From Callorhinchus milii (lineage: Eukaryota): a DNA stretch of 64,000 nucleotides. The DNA lies in NCBI RefSeq assembly GCF_018977255.1, contig NW_024704742.1, positions 8,620,001 through 8,684,000 on the forward strand, in the 5' to 3' direction. Below the pieces are notes generated by a model. That model saw nothing but the letters and a program-made list of their open reading frames with translations, had not been told where the DNA came from and did no database searches. This document shows positions 24,181 through 36,495 of this stretch, piece by piece (the stretch's first letter is position 1; every line of letters begins with the position of its first letter). Both the position numbers and the translations under genes were made by a program.

Positions 24181-26004
24181 AGAGTCTTTAACAACAACTT
24201 GCATTTTTATAGAACCCTCCAAGCCGGGGGCGTCTCAGAGCATTTAACAATGGCGGAGCATGATGCTGAGGCAGGGGCAAGGGGAAGGTAATTGTAGGCA
24301 TGATCGAAGAGGAAGGTCTTCAGGTTTATTAAAAACCTGTAGCGTAATGCTCAGAGCATTTGCTTTGCAAACAAGAGGACGAAACATTGGACAACTTTCC
24401 TTAGTCCACATACATCTGTTCACCGAGCAGTAAGTAAGAACCCGGTCAGTTGATTGGCGGATTGCTTTTCCATGCTCCATGATCTTATCATAATAATAAT
24501 CCTTGCATTTGATATAGCGCTTTGAGTAATCTCGAAGATGTGATAAGAAAGATCTAAACCGGTGGATAATAAGTAATTTTCAGCCTTTAATAATAATATT
24601 CCTTATCACATCGTTAAGGCATTTCAAAGCTTTTCATAAAATATACTGTAAAGTGAATTGAATGTATATCTTGTAGGTGAAACGCAGCAGCCAATGTTCA
24701 AGTACAAAGTTTATGTGAGTGAAAGGATTATTACTATTTACACAGTAGCCTGAGGAATATGACTGTAATTTAAATATAAGGTATATGGGACAGGACAAAG
24801 GTGGGAAAATAAATGAGGGTGATAAATGTTAGGCTGAGCAGAACTGAGATAATTCCTGGACTCCCATCTCTGAGAGTCCACAGGACACAGGACTAGGCTG
24901 GCACCTCAGACCATTTGAGGACAAGTCAAAGGAAGTTGTTGTAATCTTGTGTGGGACATTGGGAGGAGACATGCTGGATATTGGTCAACTTTGAGTGACA
25001 CACGGCAGCCAATTGTGTACAAATAGTCATGGATGGAGTGATCACATTTTTTGATGTAAGTGAAATGATTATTTACACAGTAGTATTGTGGTCCCTAATG
25101 TGGCTCCTAACAACATTCCATTCCTTGCTGATCAGCACTTGTGTTTCCACAGTTAGTTGAAGGGCCTACGGTTCAGTGTAAATTCTTCAGAAGCTGCAGG
25201 GTGCTGGGTGCCAGGGGAGCCTTAAGGCCATGGGAATCTCACTAGATGGCATCACGCAATGGTTCTCTGACTATCTGTTGTTCCTTATGGGAGACTGGAA
25301 CATGTCAAAAACAGAACTTCAAAGGTGGAGCGAAACCCTTCGACAGTGGTGCTCTCTGCCATTCTGATGTTCACCAATTACATAGCCTCGGACTATTCCT
25401 CTTGTGGGGAGGTAAGTGGTGTCTTCTGAGAGCTGAACTGGCTCCAAGGTGACATGGCCTGGTACTAAAATGTTGGAATTGAACCGACCCTCTGTGATTG
25501 TCTCTTGTCTGGTTCCTGAGTCAGGTGGGTCCGCAGTATTCTAGGGCACTGCTGAGGACAGCCCAGCCTGACTCATTAGCAGAACCTGGAAGGGCAGACT
25601 AGTCACTGAGAGCAGGGAGTCAGTCCTCTCAGCTCCTGTTAACCCTGCAAGACAAAGCCCTAACAGGTATAGTGGTCCTTCTGGACAAGCAGCGGGGAAA
25701 GCTTGCCGGACGGCAATATAAATTTGTTCATCTTGTTAGACTCCAGCAGTTACCCAACACACACTCTGAGTTCTCCAAGTTTTGCCTCTTGAAAACCTGC
25801 GCCTAACGCTCTCCAGAATTAGGTAAGCAGAATGCATCCCTCCAGCGCATTCCATTCCAACAAACTATCTCTTGGATTCTAAGTGTAGGTGGGATGCATG
25901 GAAATCTCAGCTTGGTTTGGGTAATTTTAAGCATAGTGATGGGTTTCTGCATGTGGCTGTCCCAAAACAAACTCCATTCCTTGTGTAAGAAATACATTCC
26001 TTAT

Positions 26005-26322
26005 GTGGAGTCCTGTAGCCCAGTGGTTAGAGAACTCGCCTTGCAAGCGAGACACCTGGGTTCAATTCTAGGCAGAGGGCGAAACCTTGGGTAAGTTTCC
26101 TTACCCCACACGCCTAATAATAATCCCTCCAAAACAAAACGATAATACATTGGTCATTTTCAATCTACGACTGTTTGTGGGACACTCCTGTGCTCAATTG
26201 GCTGTCGTGTTTCGCCCACAAATATACAGTCAATTCACTTTACAGTGTGTTCTGTGAAGCGCTTTGGGACGTCCTCCTGACGTGAAAAGCGCTATATCAA
26301 ATGCAAGGATTATTATTATTAT
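26005..26322 (+). mobile_element. Full-length tRNA(Ala)-derived SINE (duplicate at 50865-51182)
   Basis: A box tagcccagtgg, TGC anticodon-like loop, B box ggttcaattc, central body, L2-like tail and (att)n. Confidence 0.9.
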
Positions 26323-26369
26323 AAGTGAAGTCCTCTGATGGTCCAACTCTCCCCACTCACCCCTGTGTA

Positions 26370-26670
26370 AGTCACGCCCCCAGTGTAAGACACGCCCCCC
26401 CAGTGTAAGACATGCCACCCCCAATGTAAGACAACCCCCCAGTGTAAGACACCCCCCCCACTATAAGACTGCCTGTCCCCTCACCCACAGTATAAGATTG
26501 GCCTCCTTGCCTATGTGCGGGTGTAATTGTTAGGGATCTGTGTGTTCGGGGTCTGTGTGTGTGTGGCTGCATATGTATGTGGGGGAACTATGTGTGTGGG
26601 CGGAGCAGTATATGTGTGGGGGGGACTGTGTATGTAGGGAGGCTGTGTGTGTGTGTGTGGTGGGGACTGG
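26370..26670. repeat. ~21-bp minisatellite (ccccagtgtaagaca) followed by a TG-rich tract
   Basis: Directly visible repeated units. Confidence 0.75.
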
Positions 26671-26844
26671 GTGATATTTCTGCAGCCTGTGTTGTCGATC
26701 AGGTGCTTCAAATAAAACAAACTTAATCAGCAAAAAAGCTGTTTAATGATAATAATATTCTTTGATATGATGATATTTGGAGTTTTACATTTCCAGATTA
26801 ATTGCTATTTTCCTGCCTCGTAGATCAGGAACCGGACTGCACTA

Positions 26845-27480
26845 CAACAACAACAACAACTTGCATTTCACAGCAACCTCACACAGGGCAGGTCTCGAAG
26901 CGCTTCACAGTGCAGAGCCTGACCCTGAGCCGGGGGCAAACTCCACTGGACCTGACAAGAGCATGGCTGGGATCCAAGCTCTTACATGAATGTCTTCAGG
27001 CTGATCTGAAAGAGGGAGGGAGGGAAAATGGTGGAGGGATGCAGAGAGAGTTCAAGTTTCGGTGCGTAGTGCCTAAAGTGTGTCCGCCAATGGTGGAGAG
27101 GAGGGGATGAGGGACAATCGGGAAGGCCGGAGGCAGCTGAGCGGAGGCAGCAGTAGTGAAGTGCGGAGAAGCAGATTGGAGAGTAAGGAGTTGCTGGGGG
27201 TGTTGGGATTTGTAGACGAGTGTGAGGATCTTAAAGTTGATCCACTCTGTGATAGGAAGCCAGTGGAGCCAAGCGAGTACTGGTGTGATGGGGGTATGGA
27301 TTTTAGTGTGTGATAGGAAGCCAGTGGAGCCTGGGGAGGATTAATGTGATGGTAGTACAGAGTTTAGAGTGTACGAGTACACAGGAGGTGGAATTTGGAG
27401 TATTGTAGTTTGTGGGTTGTGGAGCTGGGGAGACCAGCAAGGAGGATATTAAAGGTGTGGACGAGGATTTCAGCTGACGA
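26845..27480 (-). mobile_element. Degraded L2 LINE 3' end
   Basis: (aac)n tail on the + strand and LHWLPITH on the - strand; the latter is duplicated at 27248-27270 and 27309-27331. Confidence 0.75.
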
Positions 27481-28096
27481 GGATTATCCCTGGTGTAAGC
27501 TGTGCACAGGGACAGGGTGAGATGTCTGTATTGGGATTCCCAGACACAGCCCATATCTGGAAAATGTGTCATTTATGACATGATCAAGTGTAGATGCAGT
27601 GCTGCTCAGTGGGGGAACATGAGCTGATCCCCTCCATGGCTAACAGATCGCTCATCTGCAGTTTGTGGGATTCAGGGAAGTCTAATACAGCAGCAATCGG
27701 TGCTTTTGGAGGGAGAGGGAGAAAACATCCTGCGTGACTTTGTTAATGTATCACATGTCATTTCCAGCGCAGCATTGCAATTTAATCTGTTTTCAGGCAA
27801 CGTCCGAGTTCCTGCGCAAAATATCCAGTCAAATCGAGAGGTGTTTTGCTGTAGTTATTGAGATCAGATTTTAAGTGGAATTGAGAAAGTAAACCTTTGG
27901 AGACAGTGGAACAAGAGCTCCCAGGTTCAGAGTTGCAGAGCGCAATTTCAGGACAGACAGCAGGAAATATTTATTTACCAGAGGGTTAATGAAACTGTTT
28001 GCCAGGCAGAGTATTTGAGGTCAGAATGCAGTGATGGGTAGGATGTGTATTCTGGAAAGAGGAAATTAAATGAGCTAAAGGGTCTTCGTTTTGAAC

Positions 28097-28670
28097 AGGG
28101 AGACGGGAGAGGTGTCAGAGAGACGGGAGAGGTGTCAGAGAGAGGGGGAGAGCTGTCAGAGAGAGAGGGGGAGAGCTGTCAGAGAGAGAGGGGGAGAGGT
28201 GTCAGGGAGAGGGGGAGAGGTGTCAGGGAGAGGGGGAGAGGTGTCAGGGAGAGGGGAGAGGTGTCAGGGAGAGGGGGAGGTGTCAGGGAGAGGGGAGAGG
28301 TGTCAGGGAGAGGGGGAGAGGTGTCAGGGAGAGGGGGAGAGGTGTCAGGGAGAGGGGGAGAGGTGTCAGGGAGAGGGGGAGAGGTGTCAGGGAGAGGGGG
28401 AGAGGTGTCAGGGAGAGGGGGAGAGGTGTCAGGGAGGGGGAGAGGTGTCAGGAGAGGGGGAGAGGTGTCAGGGAGAGGGGAGAGGTGTCAGGGAGGGGGA
28501 GAGGTGTCAGGGAGAGGGGGAGAGGTGTCAGGGAGAGGGGGAGAGGTGTCAGGAGGGGGAGAGGTGTCAGGAGAGGGGGAGAGGTGTCAGGGAGAGGGGG
28601 AGGGTTTCAGGGAGGGGTGGGGAGAGGTGTCAGGGAGAGAGGTAGTGGTTTCAGGGAGGGGTGGGGAGAG
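28097..28670. repeat. Purine-rich minisatellite, ~19-21-bp unit GGGAGAGGGGGAGAGGTGTCA (duplicate at 52978-53522)
   Basis: Long tandem array, which explains the RGGEVSG / GERCQGE ORFs. Confidence 0.95.
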
Positions 28671-29059
28671 GAGCAAGGGAGCTTGGTGTCCACACCTCAG
28701 TGCAGGATGACTACATACTTATAGATACAGCCGCTATGTGTTTGGGGCTGAATTGGCAGGTCCTCCAGTGTGGCATGTGCTGCTCACTACACACTCCAAC
28801 TGTAGCCAACACGGGATTCACTGGATGGTCCCCCTCCCCTTACACCCACCTCAGGGGGCGCAGGAGAGGAATAGGGGCAAGCTCACTGGACCTGACAAGA
28901 GCATGGCTGGGGATCCAAGCTCTTACATGAGGGGCTCAGCTTGTAACTGTATTGGAAGGGTCAAAGGTTTGGGTTTATTTCCAATGAGGAAACCCAGTAC
29001 ATAGTGAGTGACTGCCTTTATCGCGGGGGGATTGGGCCACATTATAGAAATGGTATTAC

Positions 29060-30580
29060 AGGATCCACCACCCACTACCTCCTCCGTGCCCCCCCTCAGG
29101 CCCGCCTCAATCTTCGTATCAAATGCCAAGTACGAGGAGGTCATGGACTTCTTTTCATCTAAAATACTTATATCCACCAGCAGCAGCCTCATCCACCTGC
29201 CCCTTGTCCACCCACCACCATGCCCTCTCCTGCCCCCCTCAGCCTCCTCATCACCTGCTCCTACCACCACACCCATCCTACATTCCTTCCTCCCCATCTC
29301 TCCCTCCTCCCTCTCACCCACCATCACTTCCATGGAACCCACCACCTGCTGCCTCAACCCCCCTCCCCACCAACTTACTGGTCACCCAGCTCCCCCTCCT
29401 CTGCCCACTACTGGCTGACATCATCAACCAGTCCCACTCCTCTGGATCAGTTCCTGCCTCCCTCAAAACTACTGTCATCATGCCCCTCTTGAAAAAATCC
29501 TCCCGAGATCCCTCAAACCCCAGCCATTACTGCCCTATTTCTAACCTGCCCTTCCTCTCAAAAGTTCTAGAACGCGTTGTTGCCAACCAACTTCGCGCAC
29601 ACCTCTCCTCCCATTCCCTCTTCAAACCCCTTCAGTCTGGTTTCCGCCCACAGTACAGAGACTGCTCTTGTGAAAGTCACAAACGACATCCTCTCTATCT
29701 GTGACCGGGGCTCCCTCTGCCTCCTTGTCCTCCTGGACCTCTGGCCGCGTTCGACACAGTCGATCACCATCCTCCTCCACCGCCTTTCCTCTGTCATCCA
29801 CCTCAGTGGGACTGCACTCACCTGGTTCGAGTCCTACTCACAAACCGCCAGCAGTACATCTGCACAAACAGCTTCTCCTCTACTCTCACCCGGTCACTTG
29901 CGGGGTACCCAAGGATCCATCCTTGGCCCCCTCCGCTTTCTGATCTACATGCTCAATCTTGGGGATGTCATCCACAGACATGGGGTACATTTCCACATGT
30001 ATGCAGATGACACCCAACTCTATTTTTCCACTTCTCTTTGCAACTTCCAGTCCCCTGATGTTCTGTCAGCTGCCTGTCAGATCTCAGGGGCTGGATGAGC
30101 ACTTCCTTCAACTGAACGTTGACAAGACGGAAACTATACTCTTTGGCTCTAAAATCTCAAGGCTCTCACATCCTCCACCTACTCAACCTCCCCTAAAACT
30201 CTCCGAACCCGTACGTAACTAGGGCATCAGGTTCGACCCCCAATTATTCTTCCTCCCCCACATCCGGTCCCTCACTAGCACCGCTTTCTTTGACCTCTGA
30301 CTCATCGCCCATCTCCACCAATACTCTCCCAAAGCCGCTGAAACCCTGGTCCATGCCTTTGTCACCTCTCAGCTGGACTACTCTAACGCCCTCCTCACCA
30401 ATCTCCATCCACTACCATCCATAAATCCAAATAATTCAAAACTGCCGCCCGCGCCTTTGGTCACCTTTCTCCCACTCCCCCGGCTCAGCCCGGGATCCGT
30501 TACTGTAAAGCGCTCTGAGACGCTGTCCAGAGTGGAGGGCGCTATATAAATCCAAGTTGTTGTTGCTGTTGTTGTTGTTG
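29060..30580 (+). mobile_element. L2 LINE, RT region to 3' tail, frameshifted (duplicate at ~53900-55441)
   Basis: [65 protein letters not shown] and YADDTQLY, then a (gtt)n tail. Confidence 0.92.
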
Positions 30581-30604
30581 AGAGAGTGCAGTGTAAATTT
30601 CTAA

Positions 30605-30705
30605 NNNNNNNNNNNNNNNNNNNNNNNNNNNNNNGAGCATTTTTGGTTAGAGTACTATACTGTGCAGCGAATGATGCTTTCGTCACGATATCACCGCATA
30701 AAATA
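30605..30705. other. Assembly gap (30 N, 30605-30634) plus ~71 bp of unmatched contig-start sequence
   Basis: The N run is visible. 30635-30705 matches neither 5786-5856 nor the sequence after 55466. Confidence 0.95.
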
Positions 30706-32693
30706 GAAAATAGTAATCACAACATCATTAGATTTAGAGTATTTATGGAAAGGGACAAGGAGCAATCAAAGGTGAAGATACTCAACTGGAAGAGGCTAAT
30801 TACAGTGAGTTGAAAAGGGATGTAGCCAAGTGGGACTGTAAAGAAAGATTGATGGGTAAAATAGTAAATGAGCAATGGGAGGCATTCAAGGAAGAGATAG
30901 TTAGGGTGCAAAGCAAACACATTTCCATGAGGAGAAAAGAAGGGTGTCCAAAGCTAGAGCTCCCTGGATGACTAAGGAAATTGGGATTAAAATGAAACTG
31001 AAAAAGGAGGTTATGATAAATATCAGTTCAAAATACATTAGAGAATAAAGCAGAAGTGCAGTTGGTGTAGTGCATATGGATTTTCAGAAGGCATTTAATA
31101 AGGTACCACATGATAGACTTGTTAGCAAAATTGAAGCCCATGGCATAAAAGGAATAGTGGCAGCATGGATATGAAACTGGCTGGGAAAGCAGAAGGTAGT
31201 GGTGAATAGTTATTTTTCAGACTGGAGGGAAGTATACAGTGGTGTCCCCCAGGGGTCGGTATTTTTGATATATGCAAGTGACTTGAACTTGGGGATAGAG
31301 AGCAAAATTTTATGTTTGCAGATGACACAAAACATGGGAACGTGGTAAACAGTGAGGAGGATGGTAGCAAACTGCAGGAGATCAGAGACACTGGTGAAAT
31401 GGGCAGACACAAGGCAGATGAAGTTTAACGCTGAGCAGTGTGAGGTGATGCATTTTGGGAGGAAGAACGAGGAGAGGCAATATTCAATAAATGGTACAGT
31501 TTTACAGGAGCAGAGAGACCTGGGGCTTCATATACACAGGTCTTTGAAGGTGTCAGGAAGGTTTTTCCACCACCTTTCAGGCAATGCATTCCAGACCATA
31601 AGAACATAAGAACTGTTAGACGATAAAAGTCCAAGATCCATCTAGTTTGCCTTCCATCTTCCTGGCGGTCGCAACCATAACAACTCTGTGTAAAACAATT
31701 TCTCCTTATCTCCCCTCTGGTTCTTTGCCAATTATCTTACAACTGAATGCCCTGGTTAGCAACCCACCTGCCAGTGGAAACCATTTCTCCCTATCTACTC
31801 TATCAAAACCTCTCATAATTTTGAACATCTCCATTACATCTTTCCTAAACCTTAACTAGATAGGAATAAGGGGCTGTCAGCATGGACTGTAAAGGGCAAA
31901 TCGTGTTTGACCAAATTGATAGAGGTCTTCAAAATAGCAACCAAAGGGTAAAGCTGTGAATGTGTGTGTGGATTAGTAGAAGCTGTTTGATAAGGTGCCG
32001 CATGAGAGACTGTGGTTGACATTCAGGGCTCGTGGGATGGGGGATGGTGGCGGTTTGAATAGGGATGTGGATGTGTTGGGTTTGAAGGTGTGGACAGCAG
32101 TGGAATTAATCACTCTGTTGAAGCCTGAGGCAAAAGGTTTGTCGAGAAAAGACCATCTTATTCTGTTTAGAAATGTCAAAATCAGAATCTATGAAGAGAG
32201 GAACCAAACCTTGTACTTTATGTTTAAGAATTATTTTAATTACTAAGGCAGAAATACATATAACTTCACATTGATTCAATAAGCAGGTTACAGCAGGCAG
32301 GGTATGGTAGTCAATATTGTGCTGTTACTACAGAAACACATTCACTTCTTCTCTCTCAGCCAATTTAACTCTTCATGTTACAAGGCACAGCTCACTGACA
32401 TATTAACATCTTATCTGTAGTGACACCAGCTACTCCATAACATCTGTCACACTTAGAGAGATTCTGCAACTCAGTTTGATGAAGTTTGATTGTCGTTCCA
32501 CAGATCAGTCAGTCACTAGCTAACAAGCATAAGCATATTTACCTGCACTGAGACAATAATTTAAACACAAATTCATTTCTAATCACAACAGTTGAAGGCT
32601 ATGAAGCACAGATTGGGGATAAAAGCATGTTTTTTGGTTGGAGGCAGGTAATTAATCCAATTCTTCCCTTGTTTGTACTTGTCTAAAGAAAAA

Positions 32694-34578
32694 CTAAATA
32701 TTTTTTTGCAGTTGATAAAACTCTCCACATGATCGTCCCTCAACCTCCATCATATCAGCCACTTTTCGTATCTGTTCAGCAATTTTTGACTTGGCTCCAC
32801 TGAGAAAGTAAATGATGTTCTTTATTGCAAAGTAGACCTCATACACAACAAAGATTGCTATGAGACGCTGTAAAATAGCCCTCACTGGGTTTACCCTGCG
32901 GGTGGCCTCCATGTTGATAATGGGGCGAAAACTACCTAAGCTACTGGAGAACATCTCAGCTTTCCCAGTAAATGTGTCTCTTCCTGATTTCATGAACAAT
33001 TGGATTCTAGTGTTTAGTTTATTGTAGCAATCCGCCATGGCTCTGCTCTCTGTTTTATATTGTTCTATTATTTCATTCACTCTTATCACTTTCTCTGCTT
33101 GTGTAGCAATGATATTGCCACGAGCTACAGAGATACGATTACCCCTGACTTCAAGCACCAGAACTCCCAGAAGGCTGAGGCTGAATGTGAACACCAACCT
33201 TTTCATAATTTCGTTCCCTAATTCTATGACAGTGACTATTCCGCATCAAACAGTATCATTCCGACAATACACAGTATGGAGCCCACAATGGTCAGAACTG
33301 TGTCTGATCTGTGATGGCTGTCGATGTGGTCCGCAGCCTCTCGCAGTGTTCTCAGGTGTCCTGCCACCTGTTGTCTCCACACAGAGAGCTGTGATTTAAA
33401 GCTCTGCACATCATCAGTCCTCTTTGCCAGCTCAGTGAGGAAGGCTTTCCTGTGAACACAAACACAACCAACTCTCAGCTACTGCCCACATTACACACAG
33501 CACCAGACACAGGGAGCCCAGTGGGGTCAGGGCAGCCTTTCCCACAGAGGAAAGTAGTTACAGATTTCTGAAGAGAAAGATCATGTGTTGTCCAGAGGGC
33601 TGAGGGCAGCTCTGTCTGTCTCTCTCTCTTTTATGTTTGCCAACAGCACAATATTGACTACCATACCCTGCCTGCTGTAACCTGCTTATTGAATCAATGT
33701 GAAGTTATATGTATTTCTACCTTAGTAATTAAAGGAACTCTTAAACATAAAGTACAAGATTTGGTTCCTCTCTTCACAGATTCTGAGTTTGACATTTCTA
33801 GCAGTTCAAAGGAAACGAGGGAAGTTAAAAAGAGTTGGTCACATGATTGTTTTATTATTCAATCTCAGTCTCCAGACTTTATTAATATGCTATAATATAA
33901 TATTAATATGTTATTTTATTGTTATATTTATTGTCATAATAAATTAGTTGATAATTTATAAATAATATTTATAATATTTATAAATAAACAATCTGTAAAT
34001 ATGTGAATAAATACATTTATAAATTAAAGAATTAGAATTTATAAATATAACATTGCAAATTATTATAGTATAGTTTATATTATTTTATGTAATTTTATAT
34101 AAGTGTCTGTCATTAAACAACATCTGCCGCCTCTCAGCCCAGTTCCCCAACCTAACCACGTTTCTGTCCACGAGTCCTGTTATCAGTGACCACTCAATCC
34201 GGGATCCGAGTTTAAACCCCAATTGTAGACCATTACCATGAAGTAACCAGCAGTGACCCCAACACTGAGCCCTGGGCACCTGCCAGTCACTGGCGACGTC
34301 TCATTGTGCTCCAGGAACCACTGCCCTTTATTTCCTTTCATTCAGGGAACTTCTTATCCAATTTACACGTCCCTCTATCCCGCTGACACTAACATGTGTG
34401 TGGAGCCAGGAACATCCCCACCCCCCCATCTCTGAACCTGGGTGGGGGGGGGGGGGGAGAGAAATTAAATAAAGAGCCATTCAGACAGAGTCAAATGAGA
34501 ACGAGAACAATATCAGGCAGTTTCATCAGCGGTTGTCTCACACCTGTACGTACCAGATTTCGGTGTTGCTGACTGTGT
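32694..34578 (-). pseudogene. APOL: Duplicate of APOL-A (terminal exon 32694-33449, micro-exon 34554-34578) with a 1-nt frameshift; probably an allelic or error-containing copy
   Basis: actattcccacatc in copy 1 reads actattccgcatc at ~33241. There are also VKAV->VRAI substitutions. Confidence 0.7.
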
Positions 34579-35259
34579 CTGTTAAACAAGAAAGAAACAA
34601 GAGCCATTACCACTGGTTATTAACAGATATTGAATGACAAATGTCCTATCCTCCTTCTGGTGTGTGGTGTGTGTGGGGTGGTAAGCGAGGTCTCTTCAGA
34701 GCTGAACTGGCTCCAAGGTGATATGTTTGCTAACAGAATGTCAGTATGGAGCCCACCCTCTGTTACGGTCTCTAATGCAGGTCCTGAGCAGCCGGGTCCG
34801 CAATATTTCAGAGCACTGCTGATGACAGCTCAGCCCAGCTCATCGGCAGGACTTGGAGTGGCAGACTAGCCACAGTAAATCTTCCCAAACAGCTCCTGTT
34901 AACCCTGAATGCCTTAACGGATGAGATAGTGCCAGCTGGCAAACGATGGGAAAGCTTACCAGTGAGAAAAAAACAATGGCAAGCTCTGTGGGATTATCTG
35001 GATAGACTCCAGCAGTTACCGCAATGCACACTCTGGGGTCCATGTGAAGGGCACCTCTCAAACCTGCTACTAATACTCTCTCCAGAATTAGGTAGCAGGA
35101 TGCATCCCCTGTCACGGTCATCTTATTTTTATTAATGCTTTAACTTTGTCTAATGATATTTCCTATGGATAGCCTGTGCACAGAGAGTTTGTGTTAAAAT
35201 AAGGCGCTTTGCCTTTAAGCGGAAATCATGGTCCAGGGAACAGAATATAATCTTAAAGG

Positions 35260-35292
<33 letters not shown>

Positions 35293-36495
35293 CCTTGCAT
35301 TTGATATAGCGCTTTTTCACGTCGGGAGGACGTCCCAAAGCGCTTCACAGAACACACTGTAAAGTGAATTGACTGCATATTTGTGGGCGAACGCGGCAGC
35401 CAATTGCGCACAGCAATGTCCAACAAACAGTCATAGATTGGAAAATGACCAATCTATTATTGCTTTTGGTTTTGGAGGGATTATTATCACACACAATGTC
35501 TGTGATCTGGGTGAGTGTTGCAACAGAAAGCATAGGAAATCATCATGTGGGTCATGGAGCAGGAACCAAGTGATACAACGGCAGGGGAGGAGATTGTAAA
35601 TGACGGGAAAAGGTATCGAGAGATACATTGAAAGGGGGAGGAGTTAGAAAAATATAAAATGAGGAGCTCATTAAACTCAGAGTCACTCTTCACCTTTAGT
35701 GTCATCAAGAAGGCACGTGCCTGACCTGAGAGCCTTGTCTCTAGATCAAGATTGTTTTTTCTTTATTCACTAACTTTAAGCTTCTCGAGTCATAATTATT
35801 GTGTCAGAGTTTTTCTGTTTCTTAACGTGTGACTTTTTATCTTATATTGGTCAGTGTAATGAGGTATAGGGTTGTTAGGATCAATAAGCACCATTGTGTT
35901 TTCTAAAAAGCGCATGTCGAGTCTGTTAAATTCAATTATCTAGAAACAGGTTACTGCAGAAGCCACTGTATGTTAGATGAGAAGGGCACTATGAATTATA
36001 ATTGGGATTACCTGTCATTAATTCTCACACAGTGAAGGGAACTTGCACGTCACCGAGAGAATCTACACAGAGGCCACCTGGGACATTGTGCGCTTAACAT
36101 ACATGGGTTTACATTTGGGGGTGAGAACCGTCACACCCTCCAGGGAAAGAGAGCGCATTCCATTCCAGATACAGAAATATCCACAAATGTGGAACACTCA
36201 GTCTGGTTTGGAGACTTTTAAGCACCCGATGGGTTTCCACGTGTATCAGCCACTCAGTTGCTCAAACAAATTGTATATGTATTTATTTATACAGAATCAT
36301 TTTCTACCATATATGGAGATGTAGAATTATAGGCTCGGCTGGCAAATGAGCAATGGTACAGCTGGAGTGAGCAGGCGGGAGGTGGAGACAGTGAGGGCCA
36401 GAGGTGAGGAGGTGCAATCCCTTCTCTTTGACACACACTGTGCCAGCCTTGATCTCTCCCCCTCACACACATCACAAGATTATTATTTGTTTTGG

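Larger units (their letters stand above)
5857..30604. repeat. Copy 1 of a ~24.75-kb near-identical tandem duplication (probable assembly false duplication)
   Basis: gaaaatagtaatcac starts at both 5857 and 30706; gtgtaaatttctaa ends at both 30604 and 55466. The ORF track repeats with an offset of about 24.85 kb. Confidence 0.97.

Noticed and set aside
26005..26080. tRNA-Ala(TGC)-like sequence (also at 50865, 59129, 59755 and 20219)
   Set aside because: These are SINE heads: they run directly into the SINE body, have no proper acceptor stem, and have no oligo-T terminator.
28045..28724. Long RG/GE-rich ORFs (also 52926-53576)
   Set aside because: They are translations of a stop-free minisatellite that is open in several frames.
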